64,000 nucleotides of DNA from NCBI RefSeq assembly GCF_006345805.1, contig NC_043006.1, positions 2,232,001-2,296,000 on the forward strand, in the 5' to 3' direction. The position numbers and the translations under genes were made by a program. The notes beneath the pieces are model-generated. The model worked only from the letters and a program-made list of their open reading frames with translations. It was not told the origin of the DNA and made no database searches. Below, piece after piece: positions 22,303 through 35,289 of this stretch. Numbering within the stretch: position 1 is the first letter of the stretch; each line of letters opens with the position of its first letter. Source of the stretch: Octopus sinensis (lineage: Eukaryota).

Positions 22303-23304
22303 CTAGGCTTCTGCACAGCTTCTATCTCCCTCATTCACTCATGAGGCACTGGTCATCCCAAGGTCATAATAGAAGATATTTGTCCTGAAGTCATACAATT
22401 GCCATGCAATAGGACTAATCCTGACACAACAACACAAAGCAAAATTCTTACCAATATAGCCATATCTGCACTTGTAATACACATACACACACGCACACAC
22501 ATACATGAACACACATATACACACACACACATGCACACACACACACACAGTGCACAGAGGAAACTCAAGCACTACTTTTTATTGACAAAGGAAGAAGAGA
22601 TAATCAAATACCTGTTGTAGAATATATTAAACTAAATTCCTTTCTTACTAATCAAGTTTCAAGCCACAGCAATCATCAGGCCAGAACTGCTATTATTCAC
22701 TGTATCTGTTGGTGTTTTTTTTAAATCCATTTATAAGAATATGTTCTTTTGATTATAACTCTTATTTCTGTTTTCCAGTCTCTAGCATTGTTTTGATTAG
22801 GGCATTAACTGTGTCTTGCTTTGTAATCATGTTTCCTTATCTTATTTAGTTACTGACATTTTGTCAAGTTTTTTCCACCATTCCGTTGGTTCATTGTAAT
22901 TTGTTTTTATGACTTGCTGCATTTGCTTTTGCTCTTCTAAACTTATTTGTTACAAAAACCCCATTAATCTTTGTTTAGATAATTTTTCTTTTCTCTTCAG
23001 ATCTTTGCGTATGTTTCCTGTTTGTCAAATTCACTTGTTAGAAAAATGATTAGGTTGTTTTGCTGAGCACATTTCCTGTTGCTTTGGTTGTTTACTAACT
23101 TTGTATAAAATGACATGATTTTCACAGTTCATTGATTATACATCCTGCTTTTGTTTATTTATGGTTGAGTAGTTTTAGAGGTTATATTTTTTAATGGTTT
23201 GTTAGTCATACATCCTATTTTCATGTTTATGGTCTAGTTGCTTTGGTAGTTTGGAATGTGATTTTTCCCTCTATGTGTGTATGTATATATATATATGCAT
23301 ATGC

Positions 23305-23341
<37 letters not shown>

Positions 23342-23526
23342 ATATAAAGGCATTTTTATGTATACCTGTGTGTATGTATGTCGGTGTGTGTGTTGTGTGC
23401 ATGTAGTGTATTTTTTTGTGTATATTTTGTTTGAGTTTTGTAAGTGCTTATGTGAGAGTGTATGCATATGTGATTTTGTATATATTTTAGATGGGAAAGG
23501 AGGTTCGTAGCTCCACTAGTCTACTG

Positions 23527-23567
<41 letters not shown>

Positions 23568-24689
23568 CACAAACACACACATACACAAGGATATGGTACA
23601 TATTTGTGAGAGGAACCAAAGTCAAAGCTGAAAGCAAAGAATAAATCCTTAGTATGAAAACAAAATAATTACTATCTCGTTAAACTAGATGAAGACAGGA
23701 CGAAGGAGAAAATTCATTGTTGCAATGTGTCCCCAAATAACGAGCGCTGCCAGTACCGTCAATGTTGCTTGGCACTGATGAAAGGAATGAAAATATTAGA
23801 AGGGGCAGAAATTGTTTTGGTCTCTGGTCTAAAGGCTATGGAGGGTGGGTCCTGCAGTGCAAACTGTATTTAAAAAATAAACATACATACATGCATGCAT
23901 GCACACACACATACATACACATGCACGCACACATTATAGTTAGGAGCTTGCTTCCCAACCACATGGTTCCAGGTTCAGTCTCTCTGCATGGCACCTTGGG
24001 CGAGTGTCTTCTACTATAGTCTTGTGAGTGGATTTATCAGATGAAGACTGAAACCCATTGTGTATATGTGTGTGTATATGTGTGTATGTGTGTGTGTGTG
24101 TGTTTGTACCCCACTACCATTCGGTGTGTTTACGTCCCTGTAACTTAGCAGATTAGCAACTGAGACTGATAAAATAAGTACCAAGCACAAAAAAAATATG
24201 TGCTGGGGTCACTTCATTCAACTAAAAATTCTTCAAGGTGTTGCTAGAGTCATACTCTTTTACTTGTTTCAGTCATTTGACTGTGGCCACGCTGGAGCAC
24301 TGCCTTTAGTCAAGCAAATCGACCCCAGGACTTATTCTTTGTAAGTCTAGTACTTATTTTATCGGCCTCTTTTGCCGAACTGCTAAGTGACGGAGATGTA
24401 AACACACCAGCATCGGTTGTCAAGTGATGTGTGTGTGTGTGTGTGGGGGGGACAAACACACACACACATACATATATATGACTGGCTTCTTTCAGTTTCT
24501 GTCTACCAAATCCACTCACAAGGCTTTGGTTGGCCCGAGGCTATAGTAGAAGACACTTGCCCAAGATGTCACACAGTGGGACTGAACCTGGAACCATGTG
24601 GTTTATAAGCAAGCTACTTACCACACAGCCACTCCTTCGCCTTTGTGAATGGAAACTGTGAAATCATAATCATGGTCATTGCCAATAGC

Positions 24690-25054
24690 ATCATCTTTGA
24701 ATGTTGGGCTTCACAGAGGTGATGACAAGTGACCAAGGCCTTTGGCGATATACTGTGCTTGAGAAGAAGACCCATCAAGCCAAGTGAAATCACAGTCATA
24801 GCCAAGAACGGCACCCATGAAGTCGTAGTGATGGCCATTGCTGGCGTCATGTAAATTGCACCCATGCCAGTGGTACGTAAAAAGCACCCATTACACTCTT
24901 GGAGTGGTTGGTGTCATGAAGGGCATCCAGTTGTAGAAACCATGCTAAATCAGATTGGAAACCTGATGCATCTCCCCGGGTTACCAGTTTTCAGTAAAAC
25001 CATCCAACCCATGCCAGCATGGGAAGCAGATGTTAGATGATGATGATGATGATG
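24690..25054 (+). mobile_element. RTE LINE 3' end (older subfamily) with (GAT)n tail
   Basis: GCTTGAGAAGAAGACCCATCAAGCC...AACCCATGCCAGCATGG...GATGATGAT. Confidence 0.8.
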
Positions 25055-25315
25055 TTGTGTGTGTGTGTGTTTGACATTAGTATACTGATTGAATGCAAAA
25101 GTCAATATTCATATAAACAGTAACATCATTGTTGTCATCATTCTCACTGCCACCACCACCACCATCATCATCGTTGTCATTGCCATTATCCTTGAGTAAT
25201 ATATTCCTGCCCCACCCGGCCCACCATCCTGCCACCCCACTCACCTTTCATATTCATTTCAAGTTGGATTTTTGTTTTTTAACGTCCCCAGTATTGGATG
25301 TGTTAACTTTTTAAG

Positions 25316-25422
25316 CCAAGACGATTTCATTCCATATCGACGACGCCTCAGAGTTACCATATCCAGTGCAAATGCCTCCAGAATCGACCACAGCCAAAAC
25401 CACAAAAGTATCCACATCCTAG
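25316..25422 (+). CDS. Candidate terminal coding exon (KTISFHIDDASELPYPVQMPPESTTAKTTKVSTS*)
   Basis: AG at 25314-15 after a T-rich tract; CpG-retaining unique sequence; TAG at 25420-22; AATAAA motifs downstream. Other frames and acceptors are possible. Confidence 0.3.
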
Positions 25423-25699
25423 GGATGGATATAATGCAATCATCTACATCTTGCATCAATAAATTATGGCTCTGTGTTACAGCAACAAATAAAAAAACCA
25501 AAACAAAACAAAACAAAAGAGAACACAATAAACAAGAAAATAATAAAATCGATATCTTATAAACAGGAGAGCAGTAGTGATATGACAGAAGCAAGTGAGC
25601 ATTAAATTAAATACTTTACAGTCTTTAGCTTTCACCCCCTCTCCCTTCCCCTCTGTCAGTTTTCAGTTCCAAGTTCAAATCACGCTAGGAACATTTTGT

Positions 25700-25865
25700 C
25701 TCCTATGTTTCCTATGACTGTCCTCCTATGCCTCCTATGACTGTCCCCTATGCCTGTCCTCCTATGACTGTCTCCTATGCCTGTCCTCCTATGACTGTCC
25801 CCTATGCCTGTTCTCCTATGACTGTCTCCTATGCCTCCTATGACTATCTCCTATGCCTGTCCTCT
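25700..25865. repeat. Minisatellite built from CCTATGACTGT/CCTATGCCTGT units
   Basis: Direct reading of about 12 variable 11-14-bp units. Confidence 0.85.
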
Positions 25866-26149
25866 TTATAATCATTTCTGCTGCAGGTAGGTAGTAAAGT
25901 AGTAAATTTCTTTGCCAGGTCATAATAAGATTCATGCGGTCAGTTTCTTGGTTTCCATGGTGTGTATCTTGCCCACCTGGATGGGACCTCAGTCCATTGC
26001 AGGATCAATAATTTTTGCCAGCTGAGTGGACTGGAGTAACATGAAATGAAGTGTTTTGCTCAAGAAGAGAATGCGTTGTCAGGTCCAGGAATCGAAACCA
26101 CAATCTTATGACCATGAATCCAACACCCTAACCACTGAGCCACGTGCCT

Positions 26150-26790
26150 CCCAAACATAGATTTTGGGAGGATAGTTGATTAAATTGACCCCAGTATTTG
26201 ACTAGTATTTATTTCATTGGACCTGAAAGGATGAAGGCATAATCGACCTTGGCAGCATTTGAACTCAGAATGGAAACCTGGAAGAAATGCAGCTAAACAT
26301 TTCATCTGGTGCAGTAACAATTCTCCCAGCTCCCCACCCTATCCATCTCTTTAATATACTGGTTTCAAATTTTGGCAAAAGGCCAGCAGTTTTGGGGCAG
26401 TGGGTCAAATCAATTATATTAATCCCAATGTTCAACTGGTACTTCTTTTATTGACCCCAAAAGGATAAAAGTAAAGTTGACCGTAGTAGAATTTGAACTT
26501 GGAATGTAAAGCCAGACACAATGTTGTTATGCATTTTGCCTGGCATGCTAACAATTTTCTCAGCTCACCATCCTCTTCTCATTACAATATTGGTTTCAAT
26601 TTTGGCACAAGACCGGCAATTTTGGGGCAGGAGGGCAAGTTGATTACATCAGCCCCAATGTTCAACTTGTCCTTATTTTATCTCAAAAAGATGAAAAGCA
26701 AAGTTGACCTTGGTGGCATTTGAACTCACAATGCAATACAGGTAGAAATGCTACTAAATATTTCATCCGGCACAGTGACAATTCTCCAAG
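26150..26790 (-). mobile_element. Three tandem old copies of SINE family 2
   Basis: Each about 200-220 bp and reverse-complementary to 62738-62970 (GAATTTGAACTC...AAATG...CTAA motif repeated three times). Confidence 0.75.
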
Positions 26791-27478
26791 CTTCCCATTG
26801 TAATATTAGTTCTATACTTACACAAACAAATTTAATGATTTTTAACCAGATTATTTGGGCAAGCTAATTCTTTGTGTTCAATTAAAATCAATTTTCTTTA
26901 AAATTACAAAAGTAAAAATTTACCTTCTATTTTTCCAACTTATATTTTTGTGTTTCATTTTAATCTAAAGATATTTAGAATTTTGAAAATCTATCATTTT
27001 ATTTTTTATTTGTATTTGTTAGATACATTTTATTATTATTATTATTATTATTATTTTTTTTTGCTTGAACATTCTTGATTTTTTTTTTTTATTCTGTATT
27101 CAAATTATCTTTCGCAGAGTTCCTTCCCGGTTTCAATGTTTTGTTTCTAAGTGACATTAATCATTGGATCACTAGTAAGATTCACCATTCCATTACCATT
27201 AAAGTTTGCTTATATTTCGAAAAATAACTTTATTTTTGTTTCTCTTAAAAAATAAAAAAATAAAAATGTGAAATTCCATTTTATAATTGTTTTGTTTATG
27301 TCTTTCATAGAATAGAAATATTTTTTAAGGGACATCTCAAACAAGAATAAGCAAACAGAATGGGGGAAGAATAGAACACATATCCACAGAAACATACATA
27401 TGTACACATATATACATGTATATACACATACATATATACATGCACACACACATATATATGTATGTGCATACATATACA

Positions 27479-27524
<46 letters not shown>

Positions 27525-27745
27525 CATACACACACATAAATATATACAAATATATATGAATATATATATGCATATACACCCACACATATATATACATATG
27601 TATACATACATATATACATACATATATACATACATATATATATGTTTATATATATTTACATATATATGTTTACATATATACACACATATACATACATACA
27701 CATGCGCATATATATATATATAACATAATATATATATACATATAC

Positions 27746-27787
<42 letters not shown>

Positions 27788-30700
27788 GTGTATGTATATA
27801 TATATATATATATTATATATATGTGTATGTATATATTATATATATTTAAATATATGTATGTAGTGAATAACAAAATATTGTTCACACACTAAAGTTATCT
27901 TAGATACAATCTATTCACATGAACGCAACTCTTCACATCACTTTTGCACAATTTCATTTCATTTTGTTCAGTGTGAAGAAACTTTAGGAAGTTTAAAGTC
28001 ATTCAGCTGAAGAATGTGGCATTATTCAAGAGACAGCTCGAGCAAATAGATTTTGGCTGCATCACTGCAACTAAACTACACATATTTACCGAAATCAACC
28101 AAAGAAGTAAATTGAATCAATCAGGTAGAAAGAAATAAAATAAACTATGTCAACCATACTAGTTAGTTAGCTTCTGTAAAAACATGGCTGACAGCTGAGT
28201 GGGTGAGAAACAAATACTGCTGACAGCAAGGAAGGGTGAGAGAGATAAATATGGTTGACAAGGTGGAGGGTGGAAAAAAAAAGCTAACATGGCTGAAACG
28301 AGAGTTATAGGAGTCAAATGTGGCTGACAGCCAATCGAGTGAAATCCAAAAGCTACTACTGGCGTCCAGAAGGACTGGGAAACAAACATGTTTGATAAAT
28401 AGGAATATGAAGAAACAAGTATGGCTAACAATACAGAGGGAAGTGAGAAATGTATCATTGATTCCAGTGAGGGATATTACATTCAGATTGATTGCCATCG
28501 TCTTCTCCAGACCCACAGATTCGTTTGAACTCAATTCTAGAATAGGAGCAGGCTTGGTGGTGTGAAGTTTGCTTCTCAACTGTATGAGTTAGAGTTCAGC
28601 CCCACTGCGTGACACCTTTAACAAGTGTCTTCTACAATCACCTGGGGCTGATCAGAGCCTTGTGAGTGGATTGGGTTGATGCCACTTAAGGACACCAATG
28701 TGGTAGTGCATGGCTTAGTGGTTAGGGTGTTGGATTTACGATCATAAGATTGTGGTTTCGATTCCTGGACTAGATGATGCATTGTGTTCTTGAGCAAAAC
28801 ACTTCATAGGCATAGGAACGGCTATGTGGTAAGTAGCTCGCTTACAAACCACATGGTTCCGGGTTCCGTCCCACTGCATGGCACCTTGGGCAAGTGTCTT
28901 CTACTATAGCCTCGGGCCGACCAAAGCCGTGTGAGTGGATTTGGTAGACAGAAACTGAAAGAAGTCCGTCATATATGTGTGTGTGTGTTTGTGTATCTAT
29001 GTTTGTCCCCCCAACATTGTTTGACAACTGATGCTGGTGTGTTTATATCCCCGTAACTTAGCGGTTCGGCAAAAGAGACCGATAGAATAAGTACTAGGCT
29101 TACAATGAATAAGTCCTGGGGTCGATTTGTTCGACTAAAGGCAGTGCTCCAGCATGGTCACAGTCAAATGACTGAAACAAGTAAAAGATTAAAGAGTATA
29201 GTGTGTAGAAACATAAACGACCAAATAGCCATCACGTGATTTGAACTTGGAACTGAGAGCAGATGGGTTGGGAGCGAGGAGGAGGGGTGAAGCCTAAAGA
29301 CTGTAAAGTATTTAATCTAATGCTCCCTTGCTTCCGTCATATCACTTCTGTGCCCCTGTTTTTAAGATATCCATTATCATTTTCTTTTGTCTATTTTATT
29401 TTCTTTCATTTCACGTTGCTCCAGTCCACTCAGCTGGCAAAAAGGAGTAATCCTGTGAGGGACTGGCGTCCTGTCCAGGTGGAGAATTCATATGCCATGG
29501 AAACTGGGAAACTAGTCCTTCTGGGCTGACTTTGACTTGAGAAAGTAATTTTGCCTACCTTTTTAAGGACACTAATGCCTTGTTGCTACCATTCCATCAT
29601 TAATCATTATGGTAAATTATAGAAATGCTGATTCTATGGATGGTGTTTAGCACTTGGTCCACTCTGACCAAGAACTATAATCCAAAGTGCTCAAGCCATA
29701 ACAAACCCATTTATTTATTGTTTTTTTTTTTAGACTACATTGTTCAATGTGTTCTTTAGAAGCGAAAAAGCAAAGTTGAGGAATTGAGAGCATGGGGGGA
29801 GGGGCTGAACAAATTCCCATCCTATCAGATGCTCTAACAACCATGCCAATTTGTTAATTATAGGTTAAGTTGAAAATTAAAAGGCTACACACCAATTTTC
29901 AACATATTAAATTCAAGCCACTATTTTTTTTCCTATCTTTTATCTTGTTTCAGTGAGTGGCTGGTGACCATGCTGGGGCACTTCCTTAAATGTTTAGTTA
30001 AACAAATTCGAAACCAATCCTTTCTCTTTATTTTTTAAAGTTTGATACTTATTCTACCAGTCTCTTGCTGAATCACAAGTTTAAAGGGACACAAACAAAC
30101 TAGCACTGGTTGAATGGAGACAAACGCAAAAACACACATACACACACACACACACACACATGTATACATACATATATGCATTCATACATTCATACATAGA
30201 CACACACACACGCACATATACACAACACACAAGATGGGATTCAACACAGTTTCTGTCTATTAAATCCATTCACAAGGCATTGGCCAACAAGGGGTTTTTG
30301 TAAAAAACACTTGCCCAAGGTGCTGTGCAGTGGGACAGAACCCAAAGCCACCAGGTTGCAAAGCAAGCATCTTAACCACACAGCTATACATGTGCCTAAA
30401 TCAGATTAATAAAAAATCCCCCAAAAAAACAAAACATTCTTATCAGCATTTAATTTGATCCCCGAGGAGGCAAGTAAAATCATTGCATAGCCATTTTCAA
30501 GAACTGTTCTCCCTCACATAAAGACAAACACATTTATATACCAGCCGTACATTTTTGACAACCATTTATCTGTTACCTCAGCATAGTACAACCATAGCAT
30601 GAAAAAAATATATATATATATATCCATATATATTTTCAGCAAACTTTAAGATATTTATTTATAGGTCTTGCTGAGTAAAGAAAGTTTTATTTTAAAATAG

Positions 30701-31109
30701 AAATAAATTCCAGAAAACTGAATTTCTAAATTATCATGCTGTGTTGATGTGTACTGTTAGCTTCTCAATATTTGTCAAACTGACATGAATATTCAAATTA
30801 GTTCGCCCTCGTTTGAAGCAGCTAGACACTTTTTTCTATTTGACATGACAATGGAATTAACAAGTATACTCTAAAGAAGAATTTAAAACACCACTGGCAA
30901 AGAAGAGAGAGTTGTGTTTGAAACATATAACATATGAAACACTGCAGACATGTTGAGGTAGTATATACATGTTACATTATATATATATATATATATAGAT
31001 ATATATATATATAATATATATATATATATATTATATATATATATATATATTCACATATATATATGTATGTATATATATATATATATATATAATATATATA
31101 TATATAATA

Positions 31110-31620
31110 CTAGCAGTATCGCCCGGCATTGCTCGGGTTTGTAAGGGAAATAACTATATAAGCATTTTTAGAGAGTTACTTCCCTTATAGATGCCAATTT
31201 GGCTTTCTTAGCCATTTCTGTTTTGGTGTCTTCAAGCCATGAAGTCGTTGTTCTAAAAGAACGCTGGTCTCCTTGACAACGCTTTACGACGTTGATTTCC
31301 TTACACTCCCTTCCCCACAGCTTCACGAGGGAGGGAAGAAGGGGGAGAAGCAAACAGGTGCAGGTGTGACCATGGACGCCAACTCCGCCGCATCGACACA
31401 CGAAAAATTATGCATTAAAATGGAATAAAAAATGATGTTAAATTATTTTTAAAATCGTAGACTCATCGTAGACGCGTGCTAATAGCCAGAAGGGCTCGAT
31501 ATGAATCACGACTATAAGATACCTGAATTTAGTTAAACTGCACCGCAAAATGTGGGAGTAGTTAGGAATCTAACTCGAAGGGGACAGACACTCACACAAC
31601 TAGAGTTTTATATATATAGA
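31110..31620 (-). mobile_element. Non-autonomous Helitron, 511 bp
   Basis: Minus strand starts TCTATATATATAAAAC and ends CCCGAGCAATGCCGGG hairpin...CTAG; inserted between A and T with no TSD. Confidence 0.85.
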
Positions 31621-32200
31621 TATATAGGCGCAGGAGTGGCTGTGTGGTAAGTAGCTTGCTAACCAACCACATGGTTCCGGGTTCAGTCCCACTGCATGGC
31701 ATCTTGGGCAAGTGTCTTCTACTATAGCCCCGGGCCGACCAATGCCTTGTAAGTGGATTTGGTAGACGGAAACTGAAAGAAGCCTGTCATATATATGTAT
31801 ATATATATATATATGTATGTGTTTGTCCCCCTAGCATTGCTTAACAACCGATGCTGGTGTGTTTACGTCCCCGTCACTTAGCGATTCGGCAAAAGAGACC
31901 GATAGAATAAGTACTGGGCTTACAAAGAATAAGTCCTGGGGTCGATTTGCTCGACTAAAGGCGGTGCTCCAGCATGGCCGCAGTCAAATGACTGAAACAA
32001 GTAAAAGAGATTAAAGAGTATATTACACACACACACACATATATATATGTATATGTATATATATATACATGTATATGTATATATATATGTATGTATATAT
32101 ATCCATATATATATATATATATCCATATATATAAATATATGTATATATATATATACACATACATATACATATATATATATGTATATATATATATATACAC

Positions 32201-32248
<48 letters not shown>

Positions 32249-32267
32249 CAAAATAAGTAAATAAATG

Positions 32268-32511
32268 CACCCTTTCAAAGCCCAGCCAGGCTCATGGGCC
32301 CGGTTTCCCGGTTTCAATGGCGTATGTGTTCCCCAGCTGGATGGGACGCCAGTCCATCGCAGCGTTACTCAATTTTGCCAGCTGAGTGGACTGGAGCAAC
32401 ATGAAATGAAGTGTTTTGCTCAAGAACACAACGCGGCACCCGGTCCAAGAATCGAAACCACAATCTTACGATCATGATGCTGATACTCTAACCACTAACC
32501 CATGTGCCTCC
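32268..32511 (-). mobile_element. tRNA-derived SINE family 4 (head related to family 3)
   Basis: Minus: GGAGGCACATGGGTTAGTGGTTAGAGT...GTTTCGATTCTT...TTGAGCAAAACACTTCATTTC. Other copies about 25915-26152(-), 28700-28808(+), 46850-47050(+), 61590-61735(-). Confidence 0.8.
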
Positions 32512-32677
32512 ACATATATGCATATATATACATACATAAATGTATGTATATACAAGCATTACTATATATGTATATATATATATATATATATATAATAATA
32601 AATATTAGGGAATAAATCCAAATTTACAGGGAAAAATCAGATTTAGGATTGAATCCAATTTTATAGTAAAATATTAT

Positions 32678-32871
32678 ATTATATTAAATTAGAGACAAAA
32701 CCACTATTATGCAAATCAAACAAAGAAAGACTTAAGCCAATACATAAAATAATTTATATAAATTAAATTAAATTTAATTAAAATTAATTAAAATTAATTA
32801 AATTTAATTTATATAAATTATTTTTTTGTTTGATTTGCATAATAGTGGTTTTGTCTCTAATTTAATATAAT
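32678..32871. repeat. AT-rich foldback (47-bp perfect outer arms)
   Basis: ATTATATTAAATTAGAGACAAAACCACTATTATGCAAATCAAACAAA (32678-32724) vs its reverse complement at 32825-32871. Confidence 0.8.
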
Positions 32872-32928
32872 ATATATATATATATATATATATTTGTTGA
32901 AGCGGTATGTGTTGAAGCATCATACTTA

Positions 32929-33262
32929 TCTTACATATAAATGATACCTAAGACAATTAACACCTTGTTACCCTATTAAAATGAAAATAATTTTTGGAAA
33001 TAATTTTTGGAAAAACTTTTTAAAAAACCTCTGAATAACTCTTGCAAGGGGAAATTACTCCCCTTAGGTGATTGGTTGGTTTTTAGAAGCAAACACTGGA
33101 ATTATATACCCTCTTGATTCTTTGACGAGGATAATTTTAGACAAGCAGGCCACAGACGGACACACGAACACAGAATTATTTCAGCCGCCTGACAGGCTTT
33201 TTTCAGCAGTGCTCATTATCTAGCGCCCCTCGCCAACAAACGGCGGCGCACACATAGGCTAG
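32929..33262 (+). mobile_element. Probable second non-autonomous Helitron, 334 bp
   Basis: A|TCTTACATATAAA start; GCGCC...GGCGC hairpin, then CTAG|T at 33259-33263. Confidence 0.55.
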
Positions 33263-33719
33263 TATACACATACATGCTTTTAGGTAGGTATTGTCTCGCC
33301 CCTAAAAAATACACCCTGTATTCTTAAAATATTCAGAACATTAGCTTTGGTCACACAGAACATCTCCACACCCCTTGTTCTCATTAATTCTTCACCAACT
33401 AGATTTGACCGCAGCCTGACCTGGATTTATTCCAACGGACCCTTTGTCGGCCCCCACCAACGTACATTGATAAATATTTTACCCATGGGCTCTTAAGGAG
33501 CGTCCTCGTTCGAATTGCTTTGCTGCGCCTCTGTTTTGTTTTGTTCTGACAACGTAATTCCTGGTTTTTCCTGAAGAGAAAGCTGCAATATGGTATCCTT
33601 ATTTAATCAAAATTTGGAAATTGTGGCCTTTGAAACATGTTGTAGAATGTAATAAAAGGAATTCTGTACAATCTCGTTCAACTCCATTTCTTCCATTCAC
33701 TAATTATATATATATATAA

Positions 33720-33751
<32 letters not shown>

Positions 33752-33769
33752 TCAATCAAATCACTCAAA

Positions 33770-34268
33770 TCAATCAAATCAATCAAATCAAAACAAATCA
33801 AAATAGATGAACATAATGGAATTTGTATCTTTGTTGTACCAGTGCCGGTGGACACAAGAATCATCCGAACGTGGCCGTAGCCAGTACCGCATAGACTGGC
33901 CTCCGGCTTTGGGGACGTAACAAAACCATCCGATCGTGGCCGTCCGCCAGCCTCATCTGGCACCTGTGTCTGTGGCACATAAAACCCATCCGAGCGTGGC
34001 CGTCTGCCACCTCGTCTGGCACCTGTGTCGGTGGCACATAAAACACCATCCGAGCGTGGCCGTTCGCCAGCCTCGTCTGGCACCTGTGTCGGTGGCACAT
34101 AAAATCACCCACTACACTCTCGATGGTTGCGTTAGGAAGGGCATCCCTGTAGAAACACTGCCAGAATCGTGACTGGCCTGGTGCAGCCTTCGGCTCCCCA
34201 GACCCAGTTGAACCGTCCACCCATGCTAGCATGGAAAACGGACGCTAATAGATGATGAGATGATGATG
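33770..34268 (+). mobile_element. RTE LINE 3'-UTR fragment in a (TA)n tract
   Basis: About 60-bp tandem modules, then ...CCATGCTAGCATGG...GATGATG, (TA)n on both sides. Confidence 0.85.
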
Positions 34269-34421
34269 AATATATATATATATATATAAAAGACACTCAC
34301 ACACACACACACAGTAAATCAAAAAAAAAAAACGAAGATCAAACACAAAAAAACCCCCAACAATGTGAGGATGTGCTACATGTAAAGTATTAGAAGATGC
34401 TCAGGGAAAGAAGGTAAGGTG

Positions 34422-34456
34422 GTTTTATGTTTCGAGTAAAGCTCTTCTTCAGAAAC
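34422..34456 (-). ncRNA. Minimal type I hammerhead, family D (second copy 54688-54722, -)
   Basis: Minus: GTTT-CTGAAGA-A-GAG CTTTA CTC-GAAA-CA-TA-AAAC; second copy GTTT-CTGAAGA-A-GAG CTTTG ATT-GAAA-TG-TA-AAAC. Both lie in a shared about 230-bp repeat (about 34330-34520 and 54600-54800). Confidence 0.65.
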
Positions 34457-35289
34457 AAAGGACAGAGGAAAGTCCAAGAGAAAAGGAAGATGAAGGAAAA
34501 AAAATCGCCAATGATTCAAATCTGGTTACATTTTGAAATTACTTTAGACTTGCTAAAATAATATTTGAAATGGTTTGTATGTTTGGAAATATAATTTTGA
34601 AGTGTTCATGGTGTCATAGTGAGGATCTTCTGACCAAAAACTTTGCAATTAAAAAAAGGAGGAGAAAACTTTACAAATATAAAGTAGAAGTTTACAAAAT
34701 TAAACCGTTAGTTGTTTCATTTTGGAAAATTGAAATTTATTTTATGGCTTATTATTGTTTATATTTTGAATTACATATAGGAGGCGCAGGAGTGGCTGTG
34801 TGGTAAGTAGCTTGCTAACCAAGCACATGGTTCCAGGTTCAGTCCCACTGTGTGGCATCTTGGGCAAGTGTCTTCTGCTATGGCACTGGGCCGACCAATG
34901 TCTTGTGAAAGAAGCCTGTCGTATATATGTATATATATGTGTGTGTGTGTGTATGTGTTTGTGTGTCTGTGTTTGTCTCCCTAGCATTGTTTGACAACCG
35001 ATGCTGGTGTGTTTACGTTCCCGTCACTTAGTGGTTCGGCAAAAGTGACCGATAGAATAAGTACTGGGCTTACAACGAATAAGTCCCGGGGTCGATTTGC
35101 TCGACTGAAGGTGGTGCTCCAGCATGGCCGCAGTCAAATGACTGAAACAAGTAAAAGAGAAAAGAGAAAAAGAAATATATATGTATAGAGGTACTAAAAT
35201 CTTTTAAATATTTAGGGCCTCTATAGGTTTTAATCCAACCCTGCTGAGAGGCTCCCGGAACCTCTGCCACTCATTTACTTTTGTTGGTA

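Noticed and set aside
22640-22690. Minus-strand CTGATGA...GAAA-CTTGATTAG-TA
   Set aside because: Only 2-bp stem II and stem I does not close; may be a decayed hammerhead but is unsupported.
22700-23250. Possible ancient PLE/GIY-YIG remnant on the minus strand
   Set aside because: Only vague resemblance (MNCEN..., NMKIGCMTNKPLK); too decayed to support.
23778-23815. CTGATGA-AAGGAAT-GAAA-ATATTA hammerhead-like string
   Set aside because: No stem II pairing and no stem I complement.
33860-34110. Regularly spaced about 60-bp repeats resembling a CRISPR array (also 38370-38640, 51360-51960)
   Set aside because: No unique spacers, no cas genes, eukaryotic context; they are LINE 3'-UTR modules.
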